Position numbers and translations under genes: made by a program. A stretch of 64,000 nucleotides of DNA, from assembly GCA_951406725.2 (NCBI GenBank), contig OX597825.1:87916001-87980000 (forward strand). The letters run 5' to 3'. The notes beneath the pieces are model-generated. The model was not told where the DNA came from. It ran no database searches and worked only from the letters and a program-made list of their open reading frames with translations. This stretch comes from Octopus vulgaris. Taxonomy: Eukaryota. The first letter of the stretch is position 1; every line of letters begins with the position of its first letter. Shown piece by piece: positions 39,580-53,264 of this stretch.

Positions 39580-40389
39580 TAATAATAATAATAATAAACA
39601 AACAAGATGGGGACTAATATCTGTCAAATGTAAATAATGTAAATAAAAATAGATTTGAAAGGTGTCCCGAACATGAAAATATTTTCTAAATGATTGTGTA
39701 GATGTTCGTTTCTCTTTAACCAATTATATTGCTAAAGCGAAAAACACACACGTGTCTTGAACTAAAATAATAATCTTAAAAATTATTTTCCGTCTCCACT
39801 TCTCTGACGAATTTATTCTTCCACTCATTCTACGTATTCTATTGAAAATTTTCTGAAGTTAAATATTTTAAGTCTTTTCACTCCAATCCTGAATCACTTT
39901 TCTTTGCTTCCCAATACAACCACACATTCCTTGCTAGTATTTACTACCTGATCGAACGCCCTTAACGTTCATTACATCGGTTCCGATTTGCACTTAGCAA
40001 CACCACTTTTTACCCGTTTCTTTCTTTCACTCTCTCTTAAACTTTCCTAGTTTGAAATATTTTTCGATTCATTCCTTAAACATTGTCTCTTTCTCTTTCC
40101 GAAAGTTCCTTATTATATATTTAGATTCTTGAACCTAATTAAAGTACACTATTTAGGGTTGACTTAGCGCTTGATGATACCATTTTCTCTCATTCTCCCA
40201 CTTTATTATAGACTACCTTATTTCTCTCCTACACATGATGACAACTCCTGTTTCAGACTCCCTATCTCATATTCCATCTCGCATTCAACTTTCCTTTATC
40301 ACTCCGATACAACCTTCCATATCACTTCTTGCAAAAGCCCTATTACTCTCTCTCTCTCTCTCTCTCTCTCTTCCCCACCTTTATTCTAT

Positions 40390-42327
40390 AAAAAAACCAA
40401 CAGATGGACACCAACAACCGCAAATTCATGCAGAATCAGATTCAGGCTAACAAAATACAAAAGATGCGTCAAAATTGGCAGTTAGAAGAGTTCCGTCTCT
40501 TTATTCAAGTTTGGAGCATGAGCGAGGGTTCTCTGTCCAACAACCTAATAGGGGTAGCCTTGAAAAGCTAGAGTTACCACAGATCCATAGCACAGATCGT
40601 TCGAAAGAAGCAAGAGTTCATACGCTCCCATATTCTTGCCATGCTACATATCAACAATATCAACCCCCGCCTCAAAAAACAGCACTGAAAAAGAATCTGT
40701 GATCACCACTGGCCCCCCAAAACAACACTGACAGCAGCAACAGCTGCAATAAGAATAGTCAAAGCTGGACTGTGGTGATAAACAGAGGCAGACAAAAAAC
40801 AGGCACAGCCAGGAAAACTGATGTTCTGATTTCCAAAGGTAACACGAAGGACAATAAATAAGACAAAATCCCAGAACGCCAAAAGAGGAAACGAAGAAGC
40901 ATAAGGATAGAAACCGACAGAGTCCAGGTTGTATTTAAATTTACTTAAGTGGCTCCTGGTGGCATGGAGAAACGGGAAAGGGCTGCAGCTTTGCCCATCC
41001 CAAGCCTTATCAGAACAACAAGCAGGGAAACATGAAACAAAACTCCCAGCAAAACCATAGAGGGAAATCATCAAACAGAAGATCTGCAGACTAATAGAGC
41101 AGCAACTGGAAGAAACACGTCTCAAAAGAGTAGGAAAAGAGACAAATATATACATTCTAAAACCCCTCAAAAGGACAATATGCAGAGGCTGTACGAACTG
41201 CAGCTGTCGAACAACAGTCTTTTTTAACATGGCCCACAAGATAGTACAGCAGCTGACATGGATGCACAGGGTGCAAACTTAAAGCTATGCATTCCAATGA
41301 ACAAGACCGCCTCAGGTGACAGTCGTCCCAGGATGGCAACCACTAACATCTACCCCAATATCACACCCATATCTCCTACTGAACATTGGTAGTCTGTTAC
41401 ATCTCAGCAACAGAGGTAGAATTTTCTGTCTAAAAGAGCTCGTTACATGCAATCAAGCAATTTGCATAGCCCTCACTAAAATTCATCTAGACCCTAGATG
41501 TGGAAGTGCACACAGCAGGGTGTGCTGCATTTCTTACAGACAGAAGAGAAAGATGCCTCGGTGGAGTTGCTGTGCGCATTCACGAAGATGTCACACCTCT
41601 TGTGTTGCTGTCACATTGAAACTCGGTTTGCGACACCTAATTAATACATATAAAGAAAATTGATGTAGCTGTATGCACAATATATCGTCCGCCGAATACC
41701 ACAAAATATAATATTTTGAGGATAGCCTCACACACATCGAAGAGGTATTAACAAACCTAGATCAGAACATCAACATACTCTTTCTGTGTGATTTCCACCT
41801 CCCACATATTGAATGGCCAGAAGGCCACATCCTCCCTGGGATGTCACTGCATGAACAAAGGCATAAAGTGTCATTACTTGAACTTACTAATAAGCTCTTC
41901 ATGGAGCAAGTGATAGTCAGACCAACCAGAGGAAACAACATACTGGACCTATGCTTCACAAATAATATGGACTCTATCAGGAGGACTCAAAGCTTATCCG
42001 ACCCGAATTTCCATAAGGCAAAATGGGAATCAATCCGCAAAGAGATCCTCAAATGAAACTGGTCCAACATACTGTGTATGACAGACATTGATTTGAAAGT
42101 CAGCCAGTTTATGTCAACAGTGCAAGCTATAAGCACTAAATATATCCTAGAAAGAAGGGCCAGCACACTGACATACGAGGTTCCTAGGGACAGTTAAATC
42201 CTCATGAGACGAAAGTCAAAGATCTCAAAGCAGCTGAATAGGCAAAGGAAAGATAGAGAGAAGTCTTAATACGGACGCTCCCAGAAATTGAAAACAAGAT
42301 CAAATTCTCTCACGAAAGGGAAAGAAC

Positions 42328-42377
<50 letters not shown>

Positions 42378-43300
42378 GAGCTGTTGAAAGCATAAAAACA
42401 AATCGCAAAGCTCTCTATAAATTCGCAAATAAAACACCCACCATTCAATATAAGAAAGGACCATTGTTCCAAGGGAATGACTCACAGATATCGGAACCAG
42501 GAAAAAAAAGTGAGATACTCAGTGAACAATTTAAGCGTCTTCTCCCACCCCCACCGTGGGTACAGGCAAATAAAAGATCCGGCTGAATTATTTGAAATTG
42601 CAGTTCCAAAAAAAGGGGCGCCAGCCTTCGATTACATCAACATTGAGGAAACAGATGTAACAGCGACCATAGGTGAAATGAGTTCATGCTCCGCCACTGG
42701 TCCTGATGCCTTCCCAGATATTCTCCTTAAGTCATGTAAGCAGGCTTTAGCGAAACCACTTCGGATACTTTTCCAAAGTTTCCTTGTAAGTGATATTCTT
42801 CCTTAAATGCTGAAAGAAGGCATTATACGCCCTATCCACAAATGTGGAAGCAGAGCAGAGGCCACAATCTACAGGCCAGTCTCTTTCACATTGCATAATC
42901 AGTCATGGAGTGAATAATCGGAAAGAAAGTCGATAATATTCCTACAAGAAAATGACCTATTAAACAATACTCAGCATGGCTTCCGCCCAAGAAGAAGAAG
43001 CTGCCTTACAAAGCTCCTACAGCACTATGACCGGGTTTTGAAACAGCTGCTTGACCATTCAAATGTCAGTCTGATATAACTTGACTTTACAAAAGCATTT
43101 CATAAGGTAGACCATGGCATGATAAGTCATAAGCTACGAGGTTAAGGCATTGCTGGTAAACTGGGCGAGTGTCTGCTTGACTTCCTTAAAGACGGAAGTC
43201 AGTCAGCTGCAGCCAATGGCGAGAAAACTGAATCCTAAGTGGTGTCATCTAGGGAACTACTGTTCTGGGGCCATTAAACTTCATAATAGCCCTCTTAGAC
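40390..43300 (+). mobile_element. CR1-group LINE (ORF1 remnant, APE endonuclease, RT), decayed and 3'-truncated
   Basis: APE motifs LLNIGSL, IALTKIHL, IYRPP, LCDFHLPHIEW and PTRGNNILDLCFTNN. RT motifs ATGPDAFP, YRPVS, QHGFRP and LDFTKAFHKVDHG. Confidence 0.88.
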
Positions 43301-43384
43301 AAACCCCCACTTCCAAGCCAGGCTCGGAAGAGGTGACAGGGACGAAACAGTGGACCAGGGGGTCACAAAGGTTGTGGGTAGATT

Positions 43385-43550
43385 TTTCTTCAATTTAATT
43401 GTTTTTCTTATTTTACTCTTTGTTGAAAAAGTCTAGAAAGACAGAAACCGGTACTAAAACGTACTTCATGATAAAATTATTTTAGCATTTTCTACCGTAT
43501 TTTAATTTTCCTACGTATTACTCGTGTGTTACTTTTCTACCTTCTATACA
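43385..43550 (+). mobile_element. Possible Penelope-like pLTR fragment with U3/A8-type hammerhead-like motif
   Basis: TTGAAAA a gtct agaa agac a GAAA ccgg TA at 43423-43453. Confidence 0.4.
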
Positions 43551-44253
43551 TACACCCCCCCACACACACATATATATAGATATGAATATATCGTCTTCAT
43601 CAATGTCTATCTTCTTTCTCTTTTTTCCATCAGTATTTTGGTTTAGTACTGTATGTCAACCCACAGTCTTTTGTGGCTTTACATGGTCATGTTTGTAGGC
43701 TTGAAGCTCGGTATGTGTAGCGGAGTGGAGAATGTGGACAAGACGTTCGTATGCAGAGAGGTTTAAAACCAGGCCCAGCAGTAGATGTTCTTGAGAAAAT
43801 GGTCAACAAGAACTGCCACCTTTATTCCTTTTTCATACATTTGCAGAACCGCACACGGCGTATGCTCTTTTGATTCTTGTCAAAGACACAGGATCCACCG
43901 CATAGGTATTTCATATTCTCTCAACAACATACGCAGAACAGTCCCTGTATGCTAAGAGCGAATCAGCAACACTTCAACGTGACCTTGGTGTACACCTGAT
44001 TGAAATGAAGAACGGTGTTTGGTGTTTGCAATAAACAGTTTTGCCAGGTACTCAGTTCACATTTAAACAATGTTGCTACCGGAACTTCGGTGCTCACATT
44101 TTATAAAGCGTTGGCGGAATATGAGCGACAATGAACACGAAAACGATATTGCGTTTACATATAAATAGTTTGAGCTGGTTGTTTTGGAAAATTGTCAGGT
44201 CAGAGATTAATGATAAATACACACCAGCGGTATGCTTGTTTGTTAGTCTGTCA

Positions 44254-44288
<35 letters not shown>

Positions 44289-45330
44289 GAAACATGTGTG
44301 TGTATATCTGAGTGTTTATGTCTACACGTTTGTGTGTATGTATGAAGTGAAGAAAGATTTTCCTGTTCAAGACAAATTCTATATCCATAAAGGTATATTG
44401 TATTCCGGAAATAACCAAATCTTCCTCAGTATCTAACAGCGAATACGACAGTCGCGCACGCAATCGCCATAGTATCGGGGAAATGATTTATTGGTTTCTG
44501 TGCGAAATGCGCACATCCATGCACGTCCGATCCGGCAACTAGTAGCGTCTGTTGTAAAGATCGACCGATTACTTTTATTTAAAAATAACTCAGACACACA
44601 TGTAGACATCCTCTTCCTTAAGGATGTGTGGAGTTGCCGATTGAAGGGGTTAAAGTGAGAGGTCCTTTATTTCACTCAATATGTCCAGTAAATATTTCTT
44701 CAAGAGAGAATGAGAGAGTGGGTAGTGATGATATCGATTGTAAAATGTCGATGGAATGGGCGAATTTAGCGTGGATGATTGACTCATATCTAATTATAAG
44801 ACTCGGTGACAAAACCTAGTATAATTTACATGAACTCTGATATGACAGATTCCACTGCGTTGTTTGTCTGCTTGCTCCCCCTATGGGGAGGCATGCCATA
44901 AAAGATATCCCACAAGAGGGGGGGGGCTTCCCCGTTGTTATTCTCTTCTTTAACCTTATCAATGTTTATCGTCAATTATTAATGATCTATTTTATTTTTC
45001 ATTCCCTGCTTCGCCTGTAGTTCGAAAGATGCAAAGGAAAGAAGGTACCTGCCCCAAATATCAGGGTGCCCTTGGTTTTTTATGGGGTGTTTCCATGAGC
45101 AGCCGTCGAACGTCTCCTCCCTAACCAAGATCACACATTGTTAATTAAAAAAACATTTTTAGTGTTTTTTTACATACAAAGCCCTCTCAAAAACACATAG
45201 AGACACACACACACACATTCTTTGTTTTCTCCTGTGCTGTCTATATTTTTCGTAATGTAAACCCTTGCGGATAATACAGAAACCATCATCATCATCATCA
45301 TTATTATTATTATTATTATTATCATTATTA

Positions 45331-45575
45331 AGGTGGTGATCTGGCAGAATCGTTAGCACGCTGGACGAAATGCTTAGCGGTATTTCGCTCGTCGCTACGT
45401 TCTGAGTTCAAATTCCACCGGAGTTGACTTTGCTTTTTATCCATTCGGGGCTGTTAAATTAAGTACCAGTGAAACAACGAGATTGATGAAATTAGCTTCT
45501 CCCCACGCACCATCAAAAACAAAATTACTGCCCTTCTGGCAAAGTTAGAAGCTACTATTATTATTATTATTATTG
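45331..45575 (+). mobile_element. SINE family M inside (TTA)n
   Basis: Head, B box and core match 20489. Confidence 0.9.
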
Positions 45576-46107
45576 CTGTTGTTGTTGTTGTATACACACG
45601 CCGATAAATATATTACCAACTATGGAAATGTAGTCGCAATCTATGAGGAGCCTCAGTGAAACTCCGTTTATTTAGTGTCGACTAAATAAATATTACACGG
45701 CACAGTTAGTCATCCTTTCGTCTATTCTCTCGGTCAGTCGATCCGTTCGGAAGCAGGCGACAGCAAACAGCATCAGCTGTAAAAACTTCTATAGATGATA
45801 GATAGGTAGCGGTGTTTTATGACGATCGACCAGTCAAGCAACAAATAACACACACAGTCAGCCAGCATGCAAGGCAGCCAGCCAGTTGGAGCTACATCAG
45901 TCTTTCTCCAAAGCCTGCTAAAATTTCCATCTACCTTTTTCTCTGCGTTTATCTGTCTCTCTTTCTCTCTCTCTTATTATGTCTCTCTGCCGTTGTCGCT
46001 CGTAACACAGAACCAACAGTGATAGGAGCGATGCTGCAACTCGTGGCCATGGTTCTACTTTCTTCATCTGGTAGTCGGATCTACTTTTGTTTACGTCTTT
46101 ATATCTG

Positions 46108-46122
46108 GTTGTCCCTAGCAAC
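46108..46122. promoter_or_regulatory. RFX X-box-like motif
   Basis: GTTGTC CCT AGCAAC is an imperfect palindrome resembling the X-box consensus. A CACGTCA (CRE-like) site lies at 46140-46146 in non-repetitive sequence. Confidence 0.3.
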
Positions 46123-46173
46123 GATGTACTGACGAGACCCACGTCACACATATGCGAAATATCATTTTGCGAG

Positions 46174-46204
<31 letters not shown>

Positions 46205-46347
46205 ACGGGTAAATTTGTTACAATATAAATATAATATCAATATATGGCATAATTAGGAAATATCGATAATATTTGCATAATGTGAACGCCAATTACTCAC
46301 ATCTTTAATAGTCGGGGAGACACACACACACATAGTAGTCAGATACG

Positions 46348-46388
<41 letters not shown>

Positions 46389-46929
46389 TGTATGTGTGTG
46401 TATGTATACATACATATAAACCTGTACATATGTACACATCTACTTACATACAAACACAAACACGCGCGCAAAAGGTTTCGAATACGGACAGGAGACACAC
46501 TGACACACAAACATAGAAGACAAGGAATATATCGACACAATTCAATCTTTATATATTGACTTATCGATCTGTGTTAGACAGATAAACTTAACAAAACTTA
46601 TATTTCTGCTAAAGAATTAGAAATAGTCATATTTTATTTCTCTCTGCATCTCTAATCCTTTTACATTTTTTTTTCTTTATTTCTTGCTCTTATATCGAGT
46701 TTTTTTTTTTTTATTGTATTAGCTTCTGTAGAATTTCACCTGAACAACAAACCTTTCCAATTTGACTTCTTTCGGTCAGTCTGAAAGAAAAAAATTACTT
46801 TTGAACGTCACGCTTCGGCACACGTGTTCCCAAACCGTGTCCGCATACGGGAATCTCTTATAAATATACTTACAAATATACACAATTACACAGAGAAGGA
46901 AAGAATGAAAGAAGGTGTATAAAGGTGGA

Positions 46930-47760
46930 GGGAGGGATCTGGCGTTGTGAAGCCTGATTTACATCCACATGGTTCGGCTTCAATGGCACAAGTGTGACAC
47001 CCTGGGCAAGTGCATTCTACCAGAGCTCCGAACCGTCCAACGCCTTATGAATGAATTTGATAAGAAACTCGGTAGAAGCTGCATACACACACACACACAC
47101 TCACACACACACAAACACACACACAGAGTCTCGTGCTCGCACGCTCACACACACAAATATACGCAAATATAATTCTTGAACAAGAATAACTTACAGTGAT
47201 TTGGAGGTTTCGATCAGCCAAGTCAACATTGGACTGTCCGCTGATGGCGTAACTGGCCAACACTTCGAAGTCACTGCCAACACTATTCTTGTTAAATATA
47301 GTAAATTTGTACTCTACAAAGAGTATTTCGTAATCGTTCAGTTTAAGGTTAAATTGTTTGTCAAAAAGTAACATGTCAGCCATTATGTGTGTGTGTGTGT
47401 ATCTGCGTGTGCGCGTGTGTATGTGTGTGTACGCATGTGTGTGCGTGTGTGTATGTGCGTGTGCGTATAAGCGCGTGTGCGTATGTGCGCGTGTGTGTGT
47501 GTGTGTTTGCATGTGCGCGTGTGTGCGAGTGCGTATGTGTGTTTGCACGCGTGTCCGTGCGTTTGCGCGATTGCGTGTGTGCGCGAGTGAGTTGCAGTAT
47601 TCGACAAATGGCGCGAGTTTGCTTCAGTCCCCTTAACCACGTGATTCGAGAGAATAGAATAAGGACCAGTCTTAAAAATCCCAACTGATATTGGATTAAA
47701 CATCTCAAGGGCTGTGCTCCAGCATGGACACAGACCAGTAGCTGAACCAAATAAAAAGAA
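46930..47760 (+). mobile_element. Old diverged SINE family O copy with expanded internal CA/TG repeats
   Basis: Head-like caccctgggcaagtgcattctaccagagc..gccttatgaatgaatttgata and tail-like gtgctccagcatggacacag..ctgaaccaaataaaaaga. Confidence 0.6.
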
Positions 47761-47829
47761 AAATATTTAAAGACTGATCATCATCATTTATTTCTTTATT
47801 CATTTATTTATTTCTACTTTGCCCATCGT

Positions 47830-48350
47830 CATCGGAATTGATCAATCGATTTTTTTTGTTTTTTGTGGCGGTTCCTGCGGAGGAGTGAAGCTCGTTTCCA
47901 TCTTCCATGTTCTCGGTGATGAAAACAAAATCATTCTTATTAGTCTGCATGGAAACGAAAAGTCTGAAGAGGAAATTAAATTCCTCTTTTGTCCAGCCCT
48001 CACCAACTTTTTCAGGTTTCCCATACAATGTGTGTATGTGTGTGGGGGGGAAGGTCTGCTCTACCAGCAAATTTCTTGAGAAGTGGGTGTGAGCTGGAGG
48101 ATAGGGTCCGAATGAACGGGCCTGCTTAGATCGGAAGTGGTGAATTAAAAGGTCTTCTTTAACTGGGTACGGTGGCCCTACATTTGAGCGCTTTCTACAA
48201 GTAGCGTTAGGAGGTCTTCTCTCTGTATTGCGGAACTTTTCTCTGAAGTTATTCTTGCCTTTCTTTGTTTCTGTTATTTTCCTTTTTACACTCTTTTTCT
48301 ATTTCCGCACTATAACAAACTACCACTCTTGAACTGTGGTGCAAACCGTT
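47830..48350 (+). mobile_element. Decayed 3' end of a Tx1/L1-like LINE
   Basis: FLFCPALTNFFRF and STSKFLEKWV, followed by a pyrimidine-rich UTR. Similar to the 38071 terminus. Confidence 0.5.
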
Positions 48351-48376
48351 AAGTTGTTAAAAATACATTTATTATT

Positions 48377-48595
48377 GGCGAGATGGCAGAAGCGTTAGCA
48401 TGCCGGGCGAAATACTTCGCGGTTTTTCGTCCGTCTTCACGTTCAGAATTCAAATTCTTTTGAGGTTGACTTTGCCCTTCATCCTTTAGGCGTCGATAAA
48501 TTAAGAATCAGTTGCGTACTGGGGTCGATCTAATCGACCGGCCACCGCCCCAAAAATTTCGGGCCTTGTGCCTAGGGTAGAAAAGAATATTATTA

Positions 48596-48653
<58 letters not shown>

Positions 48654-48866
48654 CACTGAGGCGGCGAGATTTCAGGATCGTTAGCATGTTAAGTGGTATT
48701 TCGTCCGTCTTCACGTTCCGAGTTCAAATTCTGCAGAGATTGACTCTGCCTTTCATACTTTCAGGGTCGATTAAATAGGTGCCATTTACACTCTGCGGTC
48801 GATGTGATTGACTTACTCCATTACCCACAAATTTCAGCTCTTCTGGCAATAGCAGAAATGTTATAA
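48377..48866 (+). mobile_element. Two tandem SINE family M copies joined by (TTA)n
   Basis: Copies at 48377-48590 and 48659-48866, each with head, B box and core. Confidence 0.9.
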
Positions 48867-48877
48867 TAATAATTATC

Positions 48878-49370
48878 ATTCTGTGATAGAGTAGCGCATG
48901 CCATCAAGGTGACACAGGGATACAAACATACGAAGTCCATTATACCCATCATGATTACCCATCTGATAAGTGTACACCAGATATGTGCATCACAATGATA
49001 TGGAGATTTCATATCAAGATAAACAGCGCATGACCTTGCAGGTGGGGCCCAGCTAATATTTTCTTTAGGTCGATGAGCCTATCCCGCTTAAAAGGTCCAT
49101 GAATAAGGGTTGTTCGAGGATGTTGAACCAAATACCTATGTTTGGAGAAGTGAATTATTCAAACCCCAAAGAATTCCTCTCGACGCATAGCTATTATGCC
49201 TCTCCACTACCTCTGATCGTGATCAGAGGTGCACCTATTGCCAGTCACTAAATGAGGTGACCAATTGGTTAGGATCAACCAACTGGCCAGCAGATCTAAT
49301 GTATTGAGCGCAATATTTGCTGTCGACCATCTTTTATACCAAGGCAAAACATGTACATGACAACACATCC
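48878..49370 (-). mobile_element. Repeat family D, copy 2
   Basis: Colinear with 4689-5187 (atcaagataaacagcgcatgacctt, aaaccccaaagaat, catcttttatac). Confidence 0.88.
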
Positions 49371-49573
49371 ATGTTTTACCTTGGGTTATCTTTTAATGTG
49401 GTAGTATCTCTCCTTGATGGATGTTAACTCTACATGTTTTTGTAATTTTTGTTTTGCTGTGTTTTTGAAAATGTGCTGTATTAGTCCATCGCTATTGTCT
49501 TCCATATGTGTGACGCTTGTGATCAAGAAAAACAAATTTATTATTATTATTATTATTACTATTACTATTATTA

Positions 49574-49725
49574 TCCGTTGCTACGTTCTGAGTTCAAATC
49601 CCGCCGCGGTCGACTCTGACTTTAAATTAATACCAATGAAACACTGGGGTCGATGTAATCAACTTATCTCCCCCGCACCACGCAAAATGTCTTCCCTTGT
49701 GGCAGAAATTGAAACCATTATTATC
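49574..49725 (+). mobile_element. SINE family M, 5'-truncated
   Basis: gctacgttctgagttcaaatcccgccgcggtcgac...cactggggtcgatgtaatc. Confidence 0.8.
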
Positions 49726-50362
49726 ATTATTATTATGATGTCAGTTGTTAAGATAATCATTTGCCTCATGGTAGAGGGCTACCGTTGTTCCCGTTGTTGC
49801 GGCAGTGAGGGTGGTGTTGGTTGTGGTGTTGCTGTTGTAGTGAATGACATCGATCTGATCGTCACCGCAGTCGCTGTCGTCACATGTTCTAGTAACGGTT
49901 GGCGCGGTTGCGATCTTTTCTCCCAGTATGGCCGTCAATTAGTGATTAACGGTTGAACGACGTGCAATGTTATTAAAACTCAATGAGGTATCAGATATGA
50001 TTTATTTTCACAAGATTTTCATTCCTCCCTTTAGTCCGTGTTACGGCATGAACACTGCAACATCTCCACACTGATTTCTTGTTATTTCATGGGGGAAAAA
50101 TAATCGATATGATTGTTAATCAAAACGATCGATTTTAATATTGATTAAATTCAATTTCTCTTTTTCGAAAATCCCTCCTCAGCACCAACATCATTCTCTT
50201 TCTCTCTTTGTCTCTCTCTCTCTCCACTCTCTCTCTCTCTCTCTCTCTCTCTGACTATCTTATTGTAACTCTTTTACACACAGCACACACACTCATAGAG
50301 AAACCTATATAAGCATATATTCATATACATATATATCCATTGTGAGTATGAATGTGTTTCTT

Positions 50363-50423
<61 letters not shown>

Positions 50424-50912
50424 AGCTACATACACACACGCAAATACACACACACGTATACCAAAGACATCCAACGTGTAGCCCCCACCGTAGAGAAACA
50501 CACTGAAACGCACTAACAGCGTCATACGCACATGCATATACATACACATATATTTGCATCCATACGTGCAAAAGTGTGCATGTATATATCGTGTCTACGC
50601 GCGCATGTGCGTTATTATTCATAGACGGAGAAGAAAGTTAGTGATGCGTGTCATGTGTATTTCGGTTCTCCTTAATATTGTATCAATGGTAGAAATTTCT
50701 TTGTATCGATTAACTTTTTAAACAGTATCCTGTCTTAGTTCGATTGTATGGACTTAGTATTTGTCACTAAAACATTCAATAACTATTAAGACACAATCCA
50801 CTTTTAAATAACGACCTCATAAACAAACAATTTTACTATTATAGTCATCATTATCAAAAATCTTCATATAAGAATTATTCGTGTTTGTCTAGAAACAATT
50901 ACAAGTATTTTA

Positions 50913-50960
<48 letters not shown>

Positions 50961-51517
50961 TATCATCAGTCTTGTTATTGTTATTCATACTTTGATATTG
51001 TCCTTAATAAGTTGGACCCTCGTGACCAGTTATAGAATTCATCACTACCTCCACCCTCAGTAACTCCACCGCCACCACCATCCACATTGATATCATTTTA
51101 TTGCTATTTTTAATAATATTGTTATTTGTTGCTCATTGTGAGGGTCTCCGAAGCTAATAATTAAGAAGTGTAAACAATATTTAGTTTATTCTGTAAGAAA
51201 TCAGGGAAATTATATCGTCGTTTGAAACAATATAAAATACAGGCAGAGCAAGAGGAAGAGTTAAAGTTATTTAGAAATTTGTCGTTGAACACAGAAGAGA
51301 AAAACTACATAAAAAAATTACATTGGAGTTCCATGGAAAACTTGAGGCAAACAACAGTAAAAAAATCTATAAAAGCCGTCACTAGAAAAGCTATCTAAGA
51401 AAATAAATAGATAACTTAATCAAACACATTCAATAAATAGAAAATACAGCTATAATAATCGATACGTACATACATATATACATACATACATATCTGTGTA
51501 TGTATATGTGTGTGTGA

Positions 51518-51562
<45 letters not shown>

Positions 51563-52089
51563 CATATGTATGTAAACGAATAAATTATTTGAAGACGAAA
51601 TCAGAGGGAAACAACATCGGCGTCAGCCAACTCATACCGACTCTAACGTTTGTGCTTGGTGAAATAAACTATTTGATACATGTGAGGCCGGCGCTAAGGT
51701 AAGCCGCATGTGTTTGATATAGCGATTGGCTGTTACGAATTGGATAAACAGAAGATATTCGCCGCGAGAGAAATCAAAACAAACAGAACAGCAGGTATAG
51801 TTTATGTGGCTTTACGGCAGCTTGTTCTTCGATTTCAAAATCAAAAAAGGTAAGAAAGTTTTATTTTAGATATTTAGGTCTGAATGAACGACTGAATGGG
51901 GAAATGCATGTGTGTGGGTGTATGTGCATAGATGTGGCGCATAACTGTGTATACGTTTATCTATATGGATATATATATTTCTGTATATGTATATACATAT
52001 ATACACACGTAGACACATATACATGTTATATGCATATACACGTGTCAATGTAGGCATATGCAGATACGCACGCACATCTTTATCTGTAG

Positions 52090-52136
<47 letters not shown>

Positions 52137-52160
52137 TATATATATATATATGTGTGTGTG

Positions 52161-52204
<44 letters not shown>

Positions 52205-52298
52205 CATACATACTTTATCGCGTACATATATAACAGAATGTGTATACACAAAAGCACTGACACAGACACGCACACACATAAACACATACGTACATACA

Positions 52299-52345
<47 letters not shown>

Positions 52346-52409
52346 TACAACTGTTTGATGTTTACACACCTGTCTTCGTCTTTTGTTTCAACTATATATA
52401 TATACATAT

Positions 52410-52472
<63 letters not shown>

Positions 52473-52856
52473 CATATATAATGTAATGACCACCGTACAC
52501 GCGTTCTGTCAATATACACGCAATCATCTAAACATGTATTTACCCCTCAACAAAACCCCAACTCCACCGCTGCTGCTGCCCGATTTTATCGCAAACTTGT
52601 GCATCTCTCGTTTGCGCTGTTTAAACCTCTCTCCCCAGACCTCGTTACAGGGCAACATGTGAACTCCACACTCCAACATTGTTTACAAAATCTACCCGTC
52701 TATTTGCTCTCCCACTCCGCATTATTTCTTCCACATCACTTGTTCACTTGCAGTGTGTATATCTTTCCCATTTCCGTATTTGAGTCATTCCCTATGCTTA
52801 ATTATATACACACATACACCATCACCGTGACAATACACAACACGCATACAGCACCC

Positions 52857-52910
<54 letters not shown>

Positions 52911-53043
52911 CATACATGTGTGTATATATATACACACACATGTATGTATGTGTGTATATATATACACACACATGTATGTATGTGTATATATATATGCACA
53001 CATACATACATGTGTGTGTATATATATATACACACATACATAC

Positions 53044-53095
<52 letters not shown>

Positions 53096-53206
53096 GATAT
53101 GGCAAATGAACGTTGTAAGCTAACAGATGCAAACCATTCATTTTATTATCCATTATATATATATATATATAATATATGTATGTATCAAAGGTATACACAG
53201 GTATGT

Positions 53207-53264
<58 letters not shown>

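Noticed and set aside
49414-49956. 180 aa ORF
   Set aside because: Composed of (ATT)n, a SINE fragment and GTT/GGT low-complexity sequence.
52645-52657. Second X-box-like motif GTTACAGGGCAAC
   Set aside because: Poorer match to consensus with no other support.
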